The notes under the pieces were generated by a model. The model had not been told where the DNA came from and did not search any database. It was given only the letters and a program-made list of their open reading frames with translations. From IMG/VR virus record IMGVR_UViG_3300025389_000003, positions 1 through 55,723 of that record: a stretch of 55,723 nucleotides of DNA. One strand, 5' to 3'. Made by a program: the position numbers and the translations under genes. Below, in pieces: positions 36,469-45,338 of this stretch (within the stretch, counting starts at the first letter, position 1; each line of letters opens with the position of its first letter). Origin of the DNA: a virus. Taxonomy: Duplodnaviria; Caudoviricetes.

Positions 36469-36472
36469 TCAA

Positions 36473-36492
36473 GGGGCTTCGGCCCCTTTTTT
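36473..36492 (+). terminator. Rho-independent terminator
   Basis: GGGGC-TTCG-GCCCC-TTTTTT. Confidence 0.85.
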
Positions 36493-37441
36493 ACACCCTG
36501 ATCACTTGTCCTCTGAACTCAATGTGATCCTTGTCATAGACTTTCACCACTTCTGGCCACAACAATACGCCCTTGTGAAACGTCAAAACCACAAATCCTG
36601 ACCTCCAATTTGTCGGTGCATGTTCTAGATAATTCTCAAACTGAGGCCCAGAAGGTTCCGCAAGGGTCCCTGTATCTACCCCGTATCGTGTGCCGTTATA
36701 GTCATCATAAGGTGTGACCTTTAAGCTATGGAGATGCCCCGTCACCATAGAAACACCAGCATTCAGTGTATTGGCGTGTGTTGCGTGGATACCACCCTTC
36801 CAACGATGTTTAACCACAACACTGTTATTCAGCCATACTGACCAACAGGGATGCCATGCAGGGAAATGATCCTTGAGGCTAAACCCTTTAATGTGCTCAT
36901 ATTGGGGTGCATTAGCAGCCAAACGGTTCTCAAAGCGAGCATCATGGTTTCCTAGAGGCCACATCAACTTAACATTTTTGTTAACTTTTTTAGCTTCGTC
37001 TTCTATCTCACCTAAAGCAATTTCACACGCCCTGACTTCATCAATGAGACTAGGTGTTTTATCCCATCCAATTCTAGGGAAGCGACTGATGGAAGCACCG
37101 TCAAAAGCGTCACCGTTATTGATCACCGCCTTGACGTTTTCTAAATTCTTGATGGCCCAAATCAAACCATCGTAAGCTGTGGTACGAATACCAGGCCAAA
37201 AGTGTGCATCAGAGAAAACAATGACTGTGCCGTTGAGTATGCCTAGATCAATCTGAGGAGGCTTTGGATCAACCCTGTTCTTAACCTCTACGGTTTCCAA
37301 TTGAATCTCATATCGGCCCTCTAGAGCGTTTCTTCGGGCGTATATGGACCTTTCAGACATACCAAGCTCGGCGGCCATGATGCTCGGACTTTTGTACATC
37401 TGAAACAACATGATAAATTCTTCGTCAGAATAATACTTCAT
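36491..37441 (-). CDS. Calcineurin-like metallophosphoesterase with N-terminal HTH-like segment
   Basis: SDAH, NGDAFD, GNHD, KH, GHLH motifs. Confidence 0.85.
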   Translation of the reverse strand: MKYYSDEEFIMLFQMYKSPSIMAAELGMSERSIYARRNALEGRYEIQLETVEVKNRVDPKPPQIDLGILNGTVIVFSDAHFWPGIRTTAYDGLIWAIKNLENVKAVINNGDAFDGASISRFPRIGWDKTPSLIDEVRACEIALGEIEDEAKKVNKNVKLMWPLGNHDARFENRLAANAPQYEHIKGFSLKDHFPAWHPCWSVWLNNSVVVKHRWKGGIHATHANTLNAGVSMVTGHLHSLKVTPYDDYNGTRYGVDTGTLAEPSGPQFENYLEHAPTNWRSGFVVLTFHKGVLLWPEVVKVYDKDHIEFRGQVIRV

Positions 37442-37857
37442 AATTTCTTCCTCCAATAGAGTGTTCCCTTAGCACCCCAAGGGATGGAAGGATCGTAAAG
37501 TTTATAACCACAAGAAATGAGAGAATTTGCTGATGCTGGGTTGTCAAAGGTGTTTGTAATTAACCACGCCCAACCCATTTTTTTAGCGTATAGCTGACGG
37601 ACTCGAATAAGTCTTTTCTGGACGCCTCGCCCACGAGCGCTGGGAATGACGCCAGCACGACATAGATAGCCAGTATCAGTCCACCTAGCAGAGCGCACAA
37701 GCCCTGCAAAACCAATTGGCTTCCCTTCTTGATAAGCAATCCACCAAGCTCCATCAGAAAGGTTGTACGGCTTATCATAGGGAAGGCACTCCTTTTGAAG
37801 TTTTTTTAGAACATCAATATTTGCTTGAACAGAAGTGTCTATATGCTTGATTTTCAT
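37438..37857 (-). CDS. GNAT acetyltransferase
   Basis: GFAG, YLCRAGV.P.ARGRGVQ, N.AS.NSL..CGY. Confidence 0.85.
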   Translation of the reverse strand: MKIKHIDTSVQANIDVLKKLQKECLPYDKPYNLSDGAWWIAYQEGKPIGFAGLVRSARWTDTGYLCRAGVIPSARGRGVQKRLIRVRQLYAKKMGWAWLITNTFDNPASANSLISCGYKLYDPSIPWGAKGTLYWRKKL

Positions 37858-37907
37858 GCATTGCCTGACTAAATTTGCATGAATCGTAAATCAAGGTTAA
37901 GGCACAA

Positions 37908-38501
37908 TTATGACAATACTTGAAGTGCCTGTTGTATTAAATGAACTCTTTCTTCTAAGCCAAACGTACCACCGTTGATGCGTTTAGTTAAGCCTTCCCA
38001 GTTCTGTGCCTCTGCCAAGTCATTGCATCCATGCGTATTCCAAAACCACCCTGCGCTGAGTGCTGCATACATGGGTGTGGCCACTTGGTCGCAGTGCGTC
38101 ACCATGTCTTGGCCAATAGCCTGACCAAAATGGAAGTAGTTATCATGCCCAGTCAACTGTATACATCCACGACCGTGGAAGCGCCATCCATCTCCCGACG
38201 CCTCATCTCGGTTACCCATTCGATTGGCGTAAATCCGATTGGCAATCTTCTCGGCGTGGTGAGCGTAAAGTGGGATTTCTTCTGGCTTGAACTTATGACC
38301 GAACAAGGCGTGAAGGGTTTCTGGGCGATAGTTGAGGTTTTCTTCCAGTGTTTTGAAATGGTTGCACTCGTGTGAACACTGTCCAATAAACGCAGCTTGG
38401 CGGTTAACATCGTTGATCCCAAACGTTGCAAAAGTTGTGGTCAAAGGCTCAGACCATTCTGGTCCAATCCCCAACGCATGAAGTTTTTCAGCAGAAATCA
38501 T
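37908..38501 (-). CDS. Endolysin, glycoside hydrolase family 19
   Basis: AAFIGQ..HE, LEENL, YANRMGN, GDGW.F.GRG.IQLTG..NY, SAGWFW, TKRINGG..GL. Confidence 0.92.
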   Translation of the reverse strand: MISAEKLHALGIGPEWSEPLTTTFATFGINDVNRQAAFIGQCSHECNHFKTLEENLNYRPETLHALFGHKFKPEEIPLYAHHAEKIANRIYANRMGNRDEASGDGWRFHGRGCIQLTGHDNYFHFGQAIGQDMVTHCDQVATPMYAALSAGWFWNTHGCNDLAEAQNWEGLTKRINGGTFGLEERVHLIQQALQVLS

Positions 38502-38572
38502 ACTTGAACCAAAATCAAAGTAAGCACCAAGACCACGGCGCACAACAGAATGAATAGAAATCTATCATTCAT
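38498..38572 (-). CDS. 24-aa single-TM peptide in the lysis cassette
   Basis: MNDRFLFILLCAVVLVLTLILVQV; starts 1 nt after the upstream stop and has ATGA overlap with the endolysin. Confidence 0.5.
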   Translation of the reverse strand: MNDRFLFILLCAVVLVLTLILVQV

Positions 38573-38573
38573 A

Positions 38574-39293
38574 TTAGTGCTGAATTACGCCATTGGTGAT
38601 CACAACTGGGGCTGTTGTTAGTTTGCTGACTGCGCTATTCAAAGCATTCAAATCAGTGCTCAAAACACCGTTATAAGCTGAGCTTTGAGATGTCAAAGCA
38701 TTAGTAACATTTGTGTTGTTAGTTGCTGCCATGCTTGTCAAGGCTGTATTAGAAGCATTGCTCATGTTGGTCAATGCTGTGTTTGAGCTATTTGCGATGC
38801 TAGTCAATGCGGTTGTAGCGCTACCAGCTACGCTCACAATACCTGAATTGGCATTAGCTGCCATAGAAGCTTGATTGTTTGAGCCAGTATTAGCAATAGA
38901 AGCAAACGTACTATTAGTGCTGATAGCAGTCGCTGTAGCATTGTTAGACTGTGTGGTAGCCACTTTAGCGTTTTCATAAATGCCAAATCCTTGTACTGCG
39001 GTGGGCAGAATCAAAGATGCCCACTTGAAAACATCATCCCCTGCATTCTTAGGGGCTTCAATTCTTTGTTCCTGAGCTGCTCCACCCATGCCCATCTGCA
39101 TGGACATTACAGCCGCCACGGAAGCGGCTGGGTCGCCTTTCTTCACCACTTCAGCCAATACTTGATAGCGAGCCTTTTCAGCCTCTGCTTTGTATCTGGC
39201 AATCGTGACTTGAGTCTCAGAATATTTCTGATAGTCGTTTGTAGCGCAACCAGCAAGAGCTAAGACTGCGAGGGGTATTGCGAGTTTAATCAT
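38574..39293 (-). CDS. Putative lipoprotein
   Basis: Signal peptide with lipobox LAGC; Ala/Asn/Ser/Thr-rich tail. Confidence 0.75.
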   Translation of the reverse strand: MIKLAIPLAVLALAGCATNDYQKYSETQVTIARYKAEAEKARYQVLAEVVKKGDPAASVAAVMSMQMGMGGAAQEQRIEAPKNAGDDVFKWASLILPTAVQGFGIYENAKVATTQSNNATATAISTNSTFASIANTGSNNQASMAANANSGIVSVAGSATTALTSIANSSNTALTNMSNASNTALTSMAATNNTNVTNALTSQSSAYNGVLSTDLNALNSAVSKLTTAPVVITNGVIQH

Positions 39294-39765
39294 CTATTTT
39301 CTCCTTGAGGGATTCTCTCACTTGGTTGTAACTGGCGACGCAGGCTTGGAGGGCTCGGATGGCTTTGTCCCCGTCTGCTGTGATGGCGATAAGATTTGCA
39401 GAAGCCTGTCCGTCAAGTTCGGCTCTAGCTGTAGATTGATTTCCTCCGGCAGTTCCGGCGGTGTTGGCGGAACATACACTATTGGAGGAGAGGGGGATTG
39501 ACAAGCGCACAGCCCCAGACTGCACATCAGCAGTGAGCTTAGTAATCTTAACTTGAGCTTCATTGTTAGCCTTCTTTAACGCAGATGCGGTCTGATTGAC
39601 TTTTTCGTTCAGCTCTTGTTCTCTTGCTCTGGCTTGCTCGTTGGCTTTTGCAACTTTTGCAACAGCTTCTGAATAGCACTCTTGATAGCCTTGATGGTGT
39701 CCATAAAAATACGCTCCTATGATTGCAAATAAACTTGCCACTAACACATAAGGGTTAAACATCAC
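39286..39765 (-). CDS. rz: i-spanin (Rz-like)
   Basis: N-terminal TM, coiled coil, G.VRLSI, GD.AI..L.AC...Y. Confidence 0.85.
   Translation of the reverse strand: MMFNPYVLVASLFAIIGAYFYGHHQGYQECYSEAVAKVAKANEQARAREQELNEKVNQTASALKKANNEAQVKITKLTADVQSGAVRLSIPLSSNSVCSANTAGTAGGNQSTARAELDGQASANLIAITADGDKAIRALQACVASYNQVRESLKEKIDD
39318..39563 (-). CDS. rz1: o-spanin (Rz1-like) nested in the i-spanin gene
   Basis: Alternative frame fully inside Rz; lipobox LCAC; Pro-rich mature part. Confidence 0.8.
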   Translation of the reverse strand: MKLKLRLLSSLLMCSLGLCACQSPSPPIVYVPPTPPELPEEINLQLEPNLTDRLLQILSPSQQTGTKPSEPSKPASPVTTK

Positions 39766-40265
39766 TGACCTTTCATTGATGCTCTGGCTGCCGCCATTCT
39801 CTCACGTTCCTCGTCATGCTCCAACACGGGTGGTGTTTTTGGTGGAGGAGGTGGCGTCCAAGGCGTGTTCATTGCTGACATCACGCCTGAAGGCTGACTC
39901 ATAAACGGCGCACCTAAACCCATAGGTTGCATTAACGGAGCAGAACCAAAACCCATGGGTTGCATTCCCATAGGGCCTGCGCATGGATTAGACAGTGGCA
40001 TCATGGCTCGTGCTCCCATTATGGTAGCAAGAACTGAGAAAATGGATGTTGCTATGATTTTAAGTAAATCATGTGTCAGTTTGTCGTTGGGCGCCATGTC
40101 TTTCATGGGCTGTTCCACAGCCACAACACCATAGACAAAAAACACCACAATTGTTAACAAAATCATACAAAAAGTTAACATGATGGCGAACTTAGATATT
40201 GCATCCAACAAACGCACTATCCCGTTGACTTCTTCTTCTTTAAGGTTTTTTAGGCTTGTAAGCAT
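39762..40265 (-). CDS. Putative holin (two TM segments)
   Basis: Two hydrophobic helices flanking QPM..MAPND; Pro-rich C-terminus; upstream of spanins. Confidence 0.55.
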   Translation of the reverse strand: MLTSLKNLKEEEVNGIVRLLDAISKFAIMLTFCMILLTIVVFFVYGVVAVEQPMKDMAPNDKLTHDLLKIIATSIFSVLATIMGARAMMPLSNPCAGPMGMQPMGFGSAPLMQPMGLGAPFMSQPSGVMSAMNTPWTPPPPPKTPPVLEHDEERERMAAARASMKGQ

Positions 40266-40419
40266 CGGTCAACATCCAAGGACAGGTTTGTGTAACATCA
40301 CATAATGGGGGCTTGCAATCTTCGTCTTCCCAATGCTCTGGGTCTTGACAATGATAGCGATACTGATTGTCGCAAGAAGACAAAAGAAGTATAGAAGTCA
40401 ATAGTAATGCGTACTTCAT
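40240..40419 (-). CDS. Small Cys-rich lipoprotein (59 aa, not in ORF track)
   Basis: MKYALLLTSILLLSSC lipobox; YRYHCQDPEHW...C.PPLC....TCP. Confidence 0.7.
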   Translation of the reverse strand: MKYALLLTSILLLSSCDNQYRYHCQDPEHWEDEDCKPPLCDVTQTCPWMLTDAYKPKKP

Positions 40420-40658
40420 TGGTTGTCTACTTTCTTCACGGCCTTCTCAACTCTGATTTCCATACTTCGTATATCAACATACATCCACGCAACCAAAGGC
40501 AAAAGCAACAACAAAATGATGAGAAGAAGGGCTATGACAGTGAGGAAAAGTGAGTCAGACTGATCATCATTCCCCATGTCCACGCTATCATTAGAAGAGT
40601 TGCCGTTATAACCAAGGCTCTGGTTTTGATTAAATCCGCCTTTTGCCTTCGTTGCCAT
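40416..40658 (-). CDS. Small membrane protein (true start probably near 40580)
   Basis: TM LFLTVIALLLIILLLLLPLVAWMY followed by a short coiled coil. Confidence 0.55.
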   Translation of the reverse strand: MATKAKGGFNQNQSLGYNGNSSNDSVDMGNDDQSDSLFLTVIALLLIILLLLLPLVAWMYVDIRSMEIRVEKAVKKVDNQ

Positions 40659-41239
40659 TCAGCTCTCCGTTTAGCCAATAATTTTTCCCTTCGCGCCAAA
40701 GCTTGTTTTGTTGCAATATCACCTATTGTGCTATTCACTCTTGTGTATAAATCCTTCAATTCACGAGGAACGCTATACACCATGTAGTCGCTCAATTCTG
40801 TGTTTAACTTTTCCATCTGCAAATTGGCAATAACCAATTTTATAGCAATGTCCTGTCCTTCGTCATCTCCCACAGTCAACGCTAATTCTTCTTGTTCTTT
40901 GACATAATTTTTTAACCCATTGTATGCTTGGAAAAATTTAGTTAATGCATCTGCAACTTGGGTAAAAATTAAGTTTTCGTCAAACTCTGGGGGAGGCTGT
41001 TTTCTTTTTGGCTTAACGGTTTTATTCTCTTGAGGCTGTACCTCATTTGTTTCTTCTTTACGTCCAAACACCTCTGCAAAAAAGCCAAATATGCCTGTCG
41101 CTGACTTTTTAACATTCTTGACATCTTTGGCCACGCCTTGAACTTCATTGATTGTTTCTGTGACAAGCTGTCGTCCTTCTTTGTACATTTCGCAGGAGTC
41201 TTTAATAAACTTGAGTGCCCCCGAAGCCAAAGCGACCAA
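40532..41239 (-). CDS. Membrane-anchored coiled-coil protein
   Basis: 235 aa or more; C-terminal TM; start uncertain. Confidence 0.65.
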   Translation of the reverse strand: MVALASGALKFIKDSCEMYKEGRQLVTETINEVQGVAKDVKNVKKSATGIFGFFAEVFGRKEETNEVQPQENKTVKPKRKQPPPEFDENLIFTQVADALTKFFQAYNGLKNYVKEQEELALTVGDDEGQDIAIKLVIANLQMEKLNTELSDYMVYSVPRELKDLYTRVNSTIGDIATKQALARREKLLAKRRAEWQRRQKADLIKTRALVITATLLMIAWTWGMMISLTHFSSLS

Positions 41240-41256
41240 CGTAAACGGATCAATTT

Positions 41257-41451
41257 CTACACCCCAAAGAACTTCTTAAAGAATTCTGCAGCCATGCCTG
41301 GGCCAAGAAGAGTCATGAGCATGACGCCATAGAGCAAATACTCTATCTTTGTCATGCGTCTTTCTCCGTCTTTTAATGAACGTACGATTTGGTTGTATCT
41401 CTCAGTACAAATGGCTTCATGCACCGCCAAATCCTTCTCCACTTGATCCAT
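41257..41451 (-). CDS. Small membrane protein (hemolysin XhlA-like pattern)
   Basis: L.VHEAIC.ERY..I...L..G..RM.KIE plus TM. Confidence 0.65.
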   Translation of the reverse strand: MDQVEKDLAVHEAICTERYNQIVRSLKDGERRMTKIEYLLYGVMLMTLLGPGMAAEFFKKFFGV

Positions 41452-41680
41452 TTTCAGCTCCGATTATTGCAGTTGATGTTTCTCTGTCTATGGTTAGTTT
41501 GCCTATGCAAGTGAAGTTCCAGTCATTGCCATTTTTATCTTTTTCAGTTTCACATGGCACATTGATCTTTACGTTCTTGAATAAATATTCTTTTTCGCCT
41601 TCAAACACTCTCCAACAATGGTCTAAAGTTCCTCTTCCCTCTTGACCTCTTGTTTTGTTGAATCTTATTGAATACTTCAC
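41417..41680 (-). CDS. Hypothetical protein
   Basis: 87 aa; IRFNK.RG..GRGT.DH.WRVFE. Confidence 0.7.
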   Translation of the reverse strand: MKYSIRFNKTRGQEGRGTLDHCWRVFEGEKEYLFKNVKINVPCETEKDKNGNDWNFTCIGKLTIDRETSTAIIGAENGSSGEGFGGA

Positions 41681-42390
41681 ACAACCTCCGCTGCAGGCAG
41701 CGTGGTTGCTGTTACTGTTGCATTAACTGAATAATTGGCAACTAAATTAAAGTGAACAAATTTGATTGGTTTGTCACTAGCATGTCGAGTAAATGAGTGC
41801 GCCAACCAAGAATTAGCAAATATCATCATGCCTGGCTTGGGCTCAAAATTGATCATTTTGCTGGCTGGTGTTGCCATGCTAGGGTTTTGCTCAGGCAAAT
41901 CAATTTGAACTTTGGCAGATCGTGGATCATGAAATACAACCCTTGAACAATTTTCAGGGGTTTCAAGAAAATAAAAACCAACTATTTGTGATCCAAATCC
42001 ATGAACGTGTTGCTCCATAGAAGAATGCTTATGGTGTTCTTGTGTCCACATTTCAGTAAATGAAGTCACAAAATTCTGCATGGCATATCCTTGATCATTC
42101 AAAATATTCCAAGCTGTGCCCCCAATAAATCCTACAAAATCAGCCAATCTAGGATCATCAAAGTAATTACTACTCATAATTACTGGATAAATTTCATTTA
42201 ACTCTTGTTTTTCTCTTTGCTCTTTTAATTTTTCTTCAGAAACTTGTTTGACTACATCCAAAAAGTCAGGGCGCTCAATAATGTAAATTGGGCATGGAAA
42301 ATGTGACGCAACGTGAAGTTGGTTTTGTGTAACCACTTCAGCTACTGATTCAGCAGCTTTACAGACTTTTTTGTTCTTTGCCTTAGCCAT
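41677..42390 (-). CDS. Putative 2OG-Fe(II) oxygenase (TIGR02466-like)
   Basis: F..PIY, W, H.H, G.YFL, F.DPR, P.PG....NSWL.H, FN. Confidence 0.75.
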   Translation of the reverse strand: MAKAKNKKVCKAAESVAEVVTQNQLHVASHFPCPIYIIERPDFLDVVKQVSEEKLKEQREKQELNEIYPVIMSSNYFDDPRLADFVGFIGGTAWNILNDQGYAMQNFVTSFTEMWTQEHHKHSSMEQHVHGFGSQIVGFYFLETPENCSRVVFHDPRSAKVQIDLPEQNPSMATPASKMINFEPKPGMMIFANSWLAHSFTRHASDKPIKFVHFNLVANYSVNATVTATTLPAAEVV

Positions 42391-42400
42391 TGTTTCCTCT

Positions 42401-42880
42401 TTATGTTGTAACTAGAACCCATGTTGCTGTGGGAAAGTCTAGTTTATACTCTTTTCCATCCGTTGGATATGGTGGCATTATTTGCCATGTATTTGTTGTT
42501 CCTTGCCAAAAATATTGTTTGCCATCTGTTGGCTTTGGTGTTGGGGGAACATAAGCGCAAATTGACTCATCAAATGTCCACGCAGTAAAGTTACTTGAAT
42601 TAGGATTTGCAGCCCATGCATCTTTTACAGCTTGTTGTTTTGCCGTCTTTTCTGCATCAGTCATTTCTGTTAAATCCCAAACATCTGTCCACACGCCATT
42701 AACTTTTTGATAGGTTGGTTCAGTGCTATTAAGAACTTGATAAACTGTAGGCCTTGGTATTTCAACCCTTATAAAGGGTTCCCAATTTGATGGGACTGAG
42801 CCAAACGCATCAATCAGATTATCTTCGAATGCAGGATGATTAACAGGTTGACCATTTTCAACTTGAATGTACAAATTCAT
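42401..42880 (-). CDS. Tail fibre-associated (assembly chaperone-like) protein
   Basis: W...W, PPTPKPTDGKQYFW and PPYPTDGKEY repeats; follows the fibre gene. Confidence 0.55.
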   Translation of the reverse strand: MNLYIQVENGQPVNHPAFEDNLIDAFGSVPSNWEPFIRVEIPRPTVYQVLNSTEPTYQKVNGVWTDVWDLTEMTDAEKTAKQQAVKDAWAANPNSSNFTAWTFDESICAYVPPTPKPTDGKQYFWQGTTNTWQIMPPYPTDGKEYKLDFPTATWVLVTT

Positions 42881-42891
42881 TTTCTACCTCT

Positions 42892-44136
42892 TTATGGAGA
42901 ACCAGCGCAAGTTGATGGGAATGAACGAGATGATCCGGGCCATATGATACGCACAGCACCTACACCGCCGCAAGCTCCAGTATAAGCATAAGAACAAGCG
43001 GTGGAAACATTAGCACATCGGTAACCTCCGCCTCCGCCTCCGCCTCCATATGCCCCACCATTACCATTAGTCGCATACGCACAACCACCATTAGCTCCAG
43101 AAGATCCACCGCCACCTGAAGTAGAGCCACAAGTACACCCATGCCCACCAGCTCCACTACATCCTTGGCCTGATATTCCTACGCCTCCACCTCCACCAGC
43201 TTGTGATATAAACGATGTGCATGCAGTCCCACGTGAGTTACCACCTCCGCCTCCGCCACCTCCCCCAGATCCAGCGGTAGCCTGATAGCCGTTACATGGG
43301 TTTGATCCATTACCTCCATTGCCAGAATATCCCCCTGCACCTCCTCCTCCAGATGTTATATACCCCTGAGCTTTTCGACCTTTTCCACCATTTCCGCCTC
43401 CTGTTCCAGTATATGATCCTCCCGTTGCACAGCCAGAACAAGAACCGTAAGCGCCTTTTCCACCTGTTCCGCCGCCGCCATTTACGGTTCCAGTTGAAAT
43501 AAAATAACTAGTTCCTCCATTAGCACCACGAGAGGCCGGATTACAACAAGGAAAAACTGCACCATATGATCCACTACCACCTGTTCCTTTAGCACCAGCA
43601 ACAACGGTGTATCCATTTCCGGGAGTAACGGAAATGTTGTTTTTATAGCCTAATCCGCCGCCGCCGCCACCAGTTCCAGAACGAGCGGTGGAATAAGCAG
43701 AAAACCCGCCACCGCCACCACCACCGCCACCAACAGCTACAACTGAAACACTAGTAACCCCTGCTGGAGCAATCCAAGTGTAGGTACCAGCAGTTGTATA
43801 AGATTGAGAGCCTGCCGCCGCATTTGTTGAAGCAGTTGCATTTCCACTATACGAACCATAGCCAATTGCATTCTGCGCCCTGACGTGGAATGTGTAACTT
43901 GTTCCAGCAGACAACCCAGTTACTGAAATTGGGCTAGATGAACCTGTTGCTGTGTTTGTACCAGATGAAGTACATGCCACTTGATACCCTGTAATTGGCG
44001 ATCCACCGTTGTAGGATGGTGCTGTAAAAGAAACAGAAATTGCAGAAGTGCTTGTTCCTGTAGCTGTACCAATGGTAGGAGCACCCGGTACACCAGCATA
44101 AGAGCCACCAACAAAAGCATTAAGTATTCCACTCAT
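42892..44136 (-). CDS. Tail fibre / receptor-binding protein, FN3 plus Gly-rich domain
   Basis: FN3-like PGAPTIG...SFTAP..NGGSPITGY...V.GL..GT.Y.F.V.A.N..G; P.GVTSVSVVAVGGGGGG; G.GAVRIIW. Confidence 0.75.
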   Translation of the reverse strand: MSGILNAFVGGSYAGVPGAPTIGTATGTSTSAISVSFTAPSYNGGSPITGYQVACTSSGTNTATGSSSPISVTGLSAGTSYTFHVRAQNAIGYGSYSGNATASTNAAAGSQSYTTAGTYTWIAPAGVTSVSVVAVGGGGGGGGGFSAYSTARSGTGGGGGGLGYKNNISVTPGNGYTVVAGAKGTGGSGSYGAVFPCCNPASRGANGGTSYFISTGTVNGGGGTGGKGAYGSCSGCATGGSYTGTGGGNGGKGRKAQGYITSGGGGAGGYSGNGGNGSNPCNGYQATAGSGGGGGGGGGNSRGTACTSFISQAGGGGGVGISGQGCSGAGGHGCTCGSTSGGGGSSGANGGCAYATNGNGGAYGGGGGGGGYRCANVSTACSYAYTGACGGVGAVRIIWPGSSRSFPSTCAGSP

Positions 44137-45338
44137 GTCACATTAGTTCCTGTTAAGAGCCATTGAGTTGTTGCAATCTTGATGCAGTTTGCTACACCAT
44201 ATTGCGCTAATGTTCTTGATCCTGTGCTACCACCCTGTGCCCATGTCAATGTGTCAGAGTTTATAGCAATTGTTACATTGCTTGCAGACATATTGATAAA
44301 TTGAATGACTGTGCCTAGAGGATATGCTACAGAAGCATTGGCAGCAATTGTAAATGTACGTGCGTTGGCGTCCGATGATGGGTGAAAAATACAGTACCCT
44401 GCATCACCCAATACAGTTGTGTATGCGGCTGATTGACTGTTTTGTGGAATGCTCAAATAACCAAGACTTGCACTAACAGGAGGCAATGTCATGGTGGTGC
44501 TATCTGTACCAGTAAAAGTGATTGAATTGTTAGCTGTTAATGTTTTTCCATCAGCTATGGTCAAAGTTGAGCCTGTAGCTGGTGCAGTCAAAGTAACTTT
44601 ATTAATTGTTGTTGCTGATGCAACGCCCAAAGTTGGAGTTGTCAAAGTTGGGCTTGTAGCCAAGACAATAGAACCCGAGCCTGTAGTTGTATTGCCTAAA
44701 GCTGTGACTGTACCGCTTGTTGGTAGTGTCAAAGATGTTGTTGCTGTTGTTGTTAGTGTTGTGGCAAAAGCTCCTGAAGTAGTTAAATTACCACCAAGAG
44801 ATAATGAGCCAGAACCAAAGGTTAAAGAAGAGCCAGAACCAGTTGTGGTTAACAATGATCCAGTAGTTCCTGATGCAACGTAAGTTCCAGAGGGAATGAA
44901 CGCATACTTACCCCATGAACCTGCAGCAGTTGAGTTGTCTTCTACCCAAAGATAAACCATATTGCCTGGGTAAACTGTAGTCACCAAAGTAGATGAGTTA
45001 TCGTTTACGGTAACGTTACCAGTCGCATCGTTATCAATGATAAACACTTGACCTGCAGGCAAAGTATTTGCAGCAGGCAATTGAACTGTCTGTGTTGTTG
45101 ACCCACTGATCTTTTGGATTCGTGTGGAAAGAGCAGTTAATGTGGTGGTAGTTGCGGCTGCAGTTGTTACTGTTGAGCCACCAATTAAATTGACTACGCC
45201 ACTAGAATTTTTATAAAAAATACGGCCGTCTGCATAATTGATTGCAAGTTCACCGTTGCCTAAATTACCAGATGAAGGCGTGTTGGTTGATGTACCACTG
45301 TTGTACAAATATATTGGGGTATAGCCTGATGCTGACAT
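44133..45338 (-). CDS. Tail fibre protein
   Basis: N-terminal P....L..GELAIN..DG.IFYK module; C-terminal IPQNSQ..AYT.VL.D...YP.GT. Confidence 0.7.
   Translation of the reverse strand: MSASGYTPIYLYNSGTSTNTPSSGNLGNGELAINYADGRIFYKNSSGVVNLIGGSTVTTAAATTTTLTALSTRIQKISGSTTQTVQLPAANTLPAGQVFIIDNDATGNVTVNDNSSTLVTTVYPGNMVYLWVEDNSTAAGSWGKYAFIPSGTYVASGTTGSLLTTTGSGSSLTFGSGSLSLGGNLTTSGAFATTLTTTATTSLTLPTSGTVTALGNTTTGSGSIVLATSPTLTTPTLGVASATTINKVTLTAPATGSTLTIADGKTLTANNSITFTGTDSTTMTLPPVSASLGYLSIPQNSQSAAYTTVLGDAGYCIFHPSSDANARTFTIAANASVAYPLGTVIQFINMSASNVTIAINSDTLTWAQGGSTGSRTLAQYGVANCIKIATTQWLLTGTNVT

Noticed and set aside
43490-43502. CCAGTTGAAATAA as a further palindrome site
   Set aside because: Two mismatches; expected by chance.
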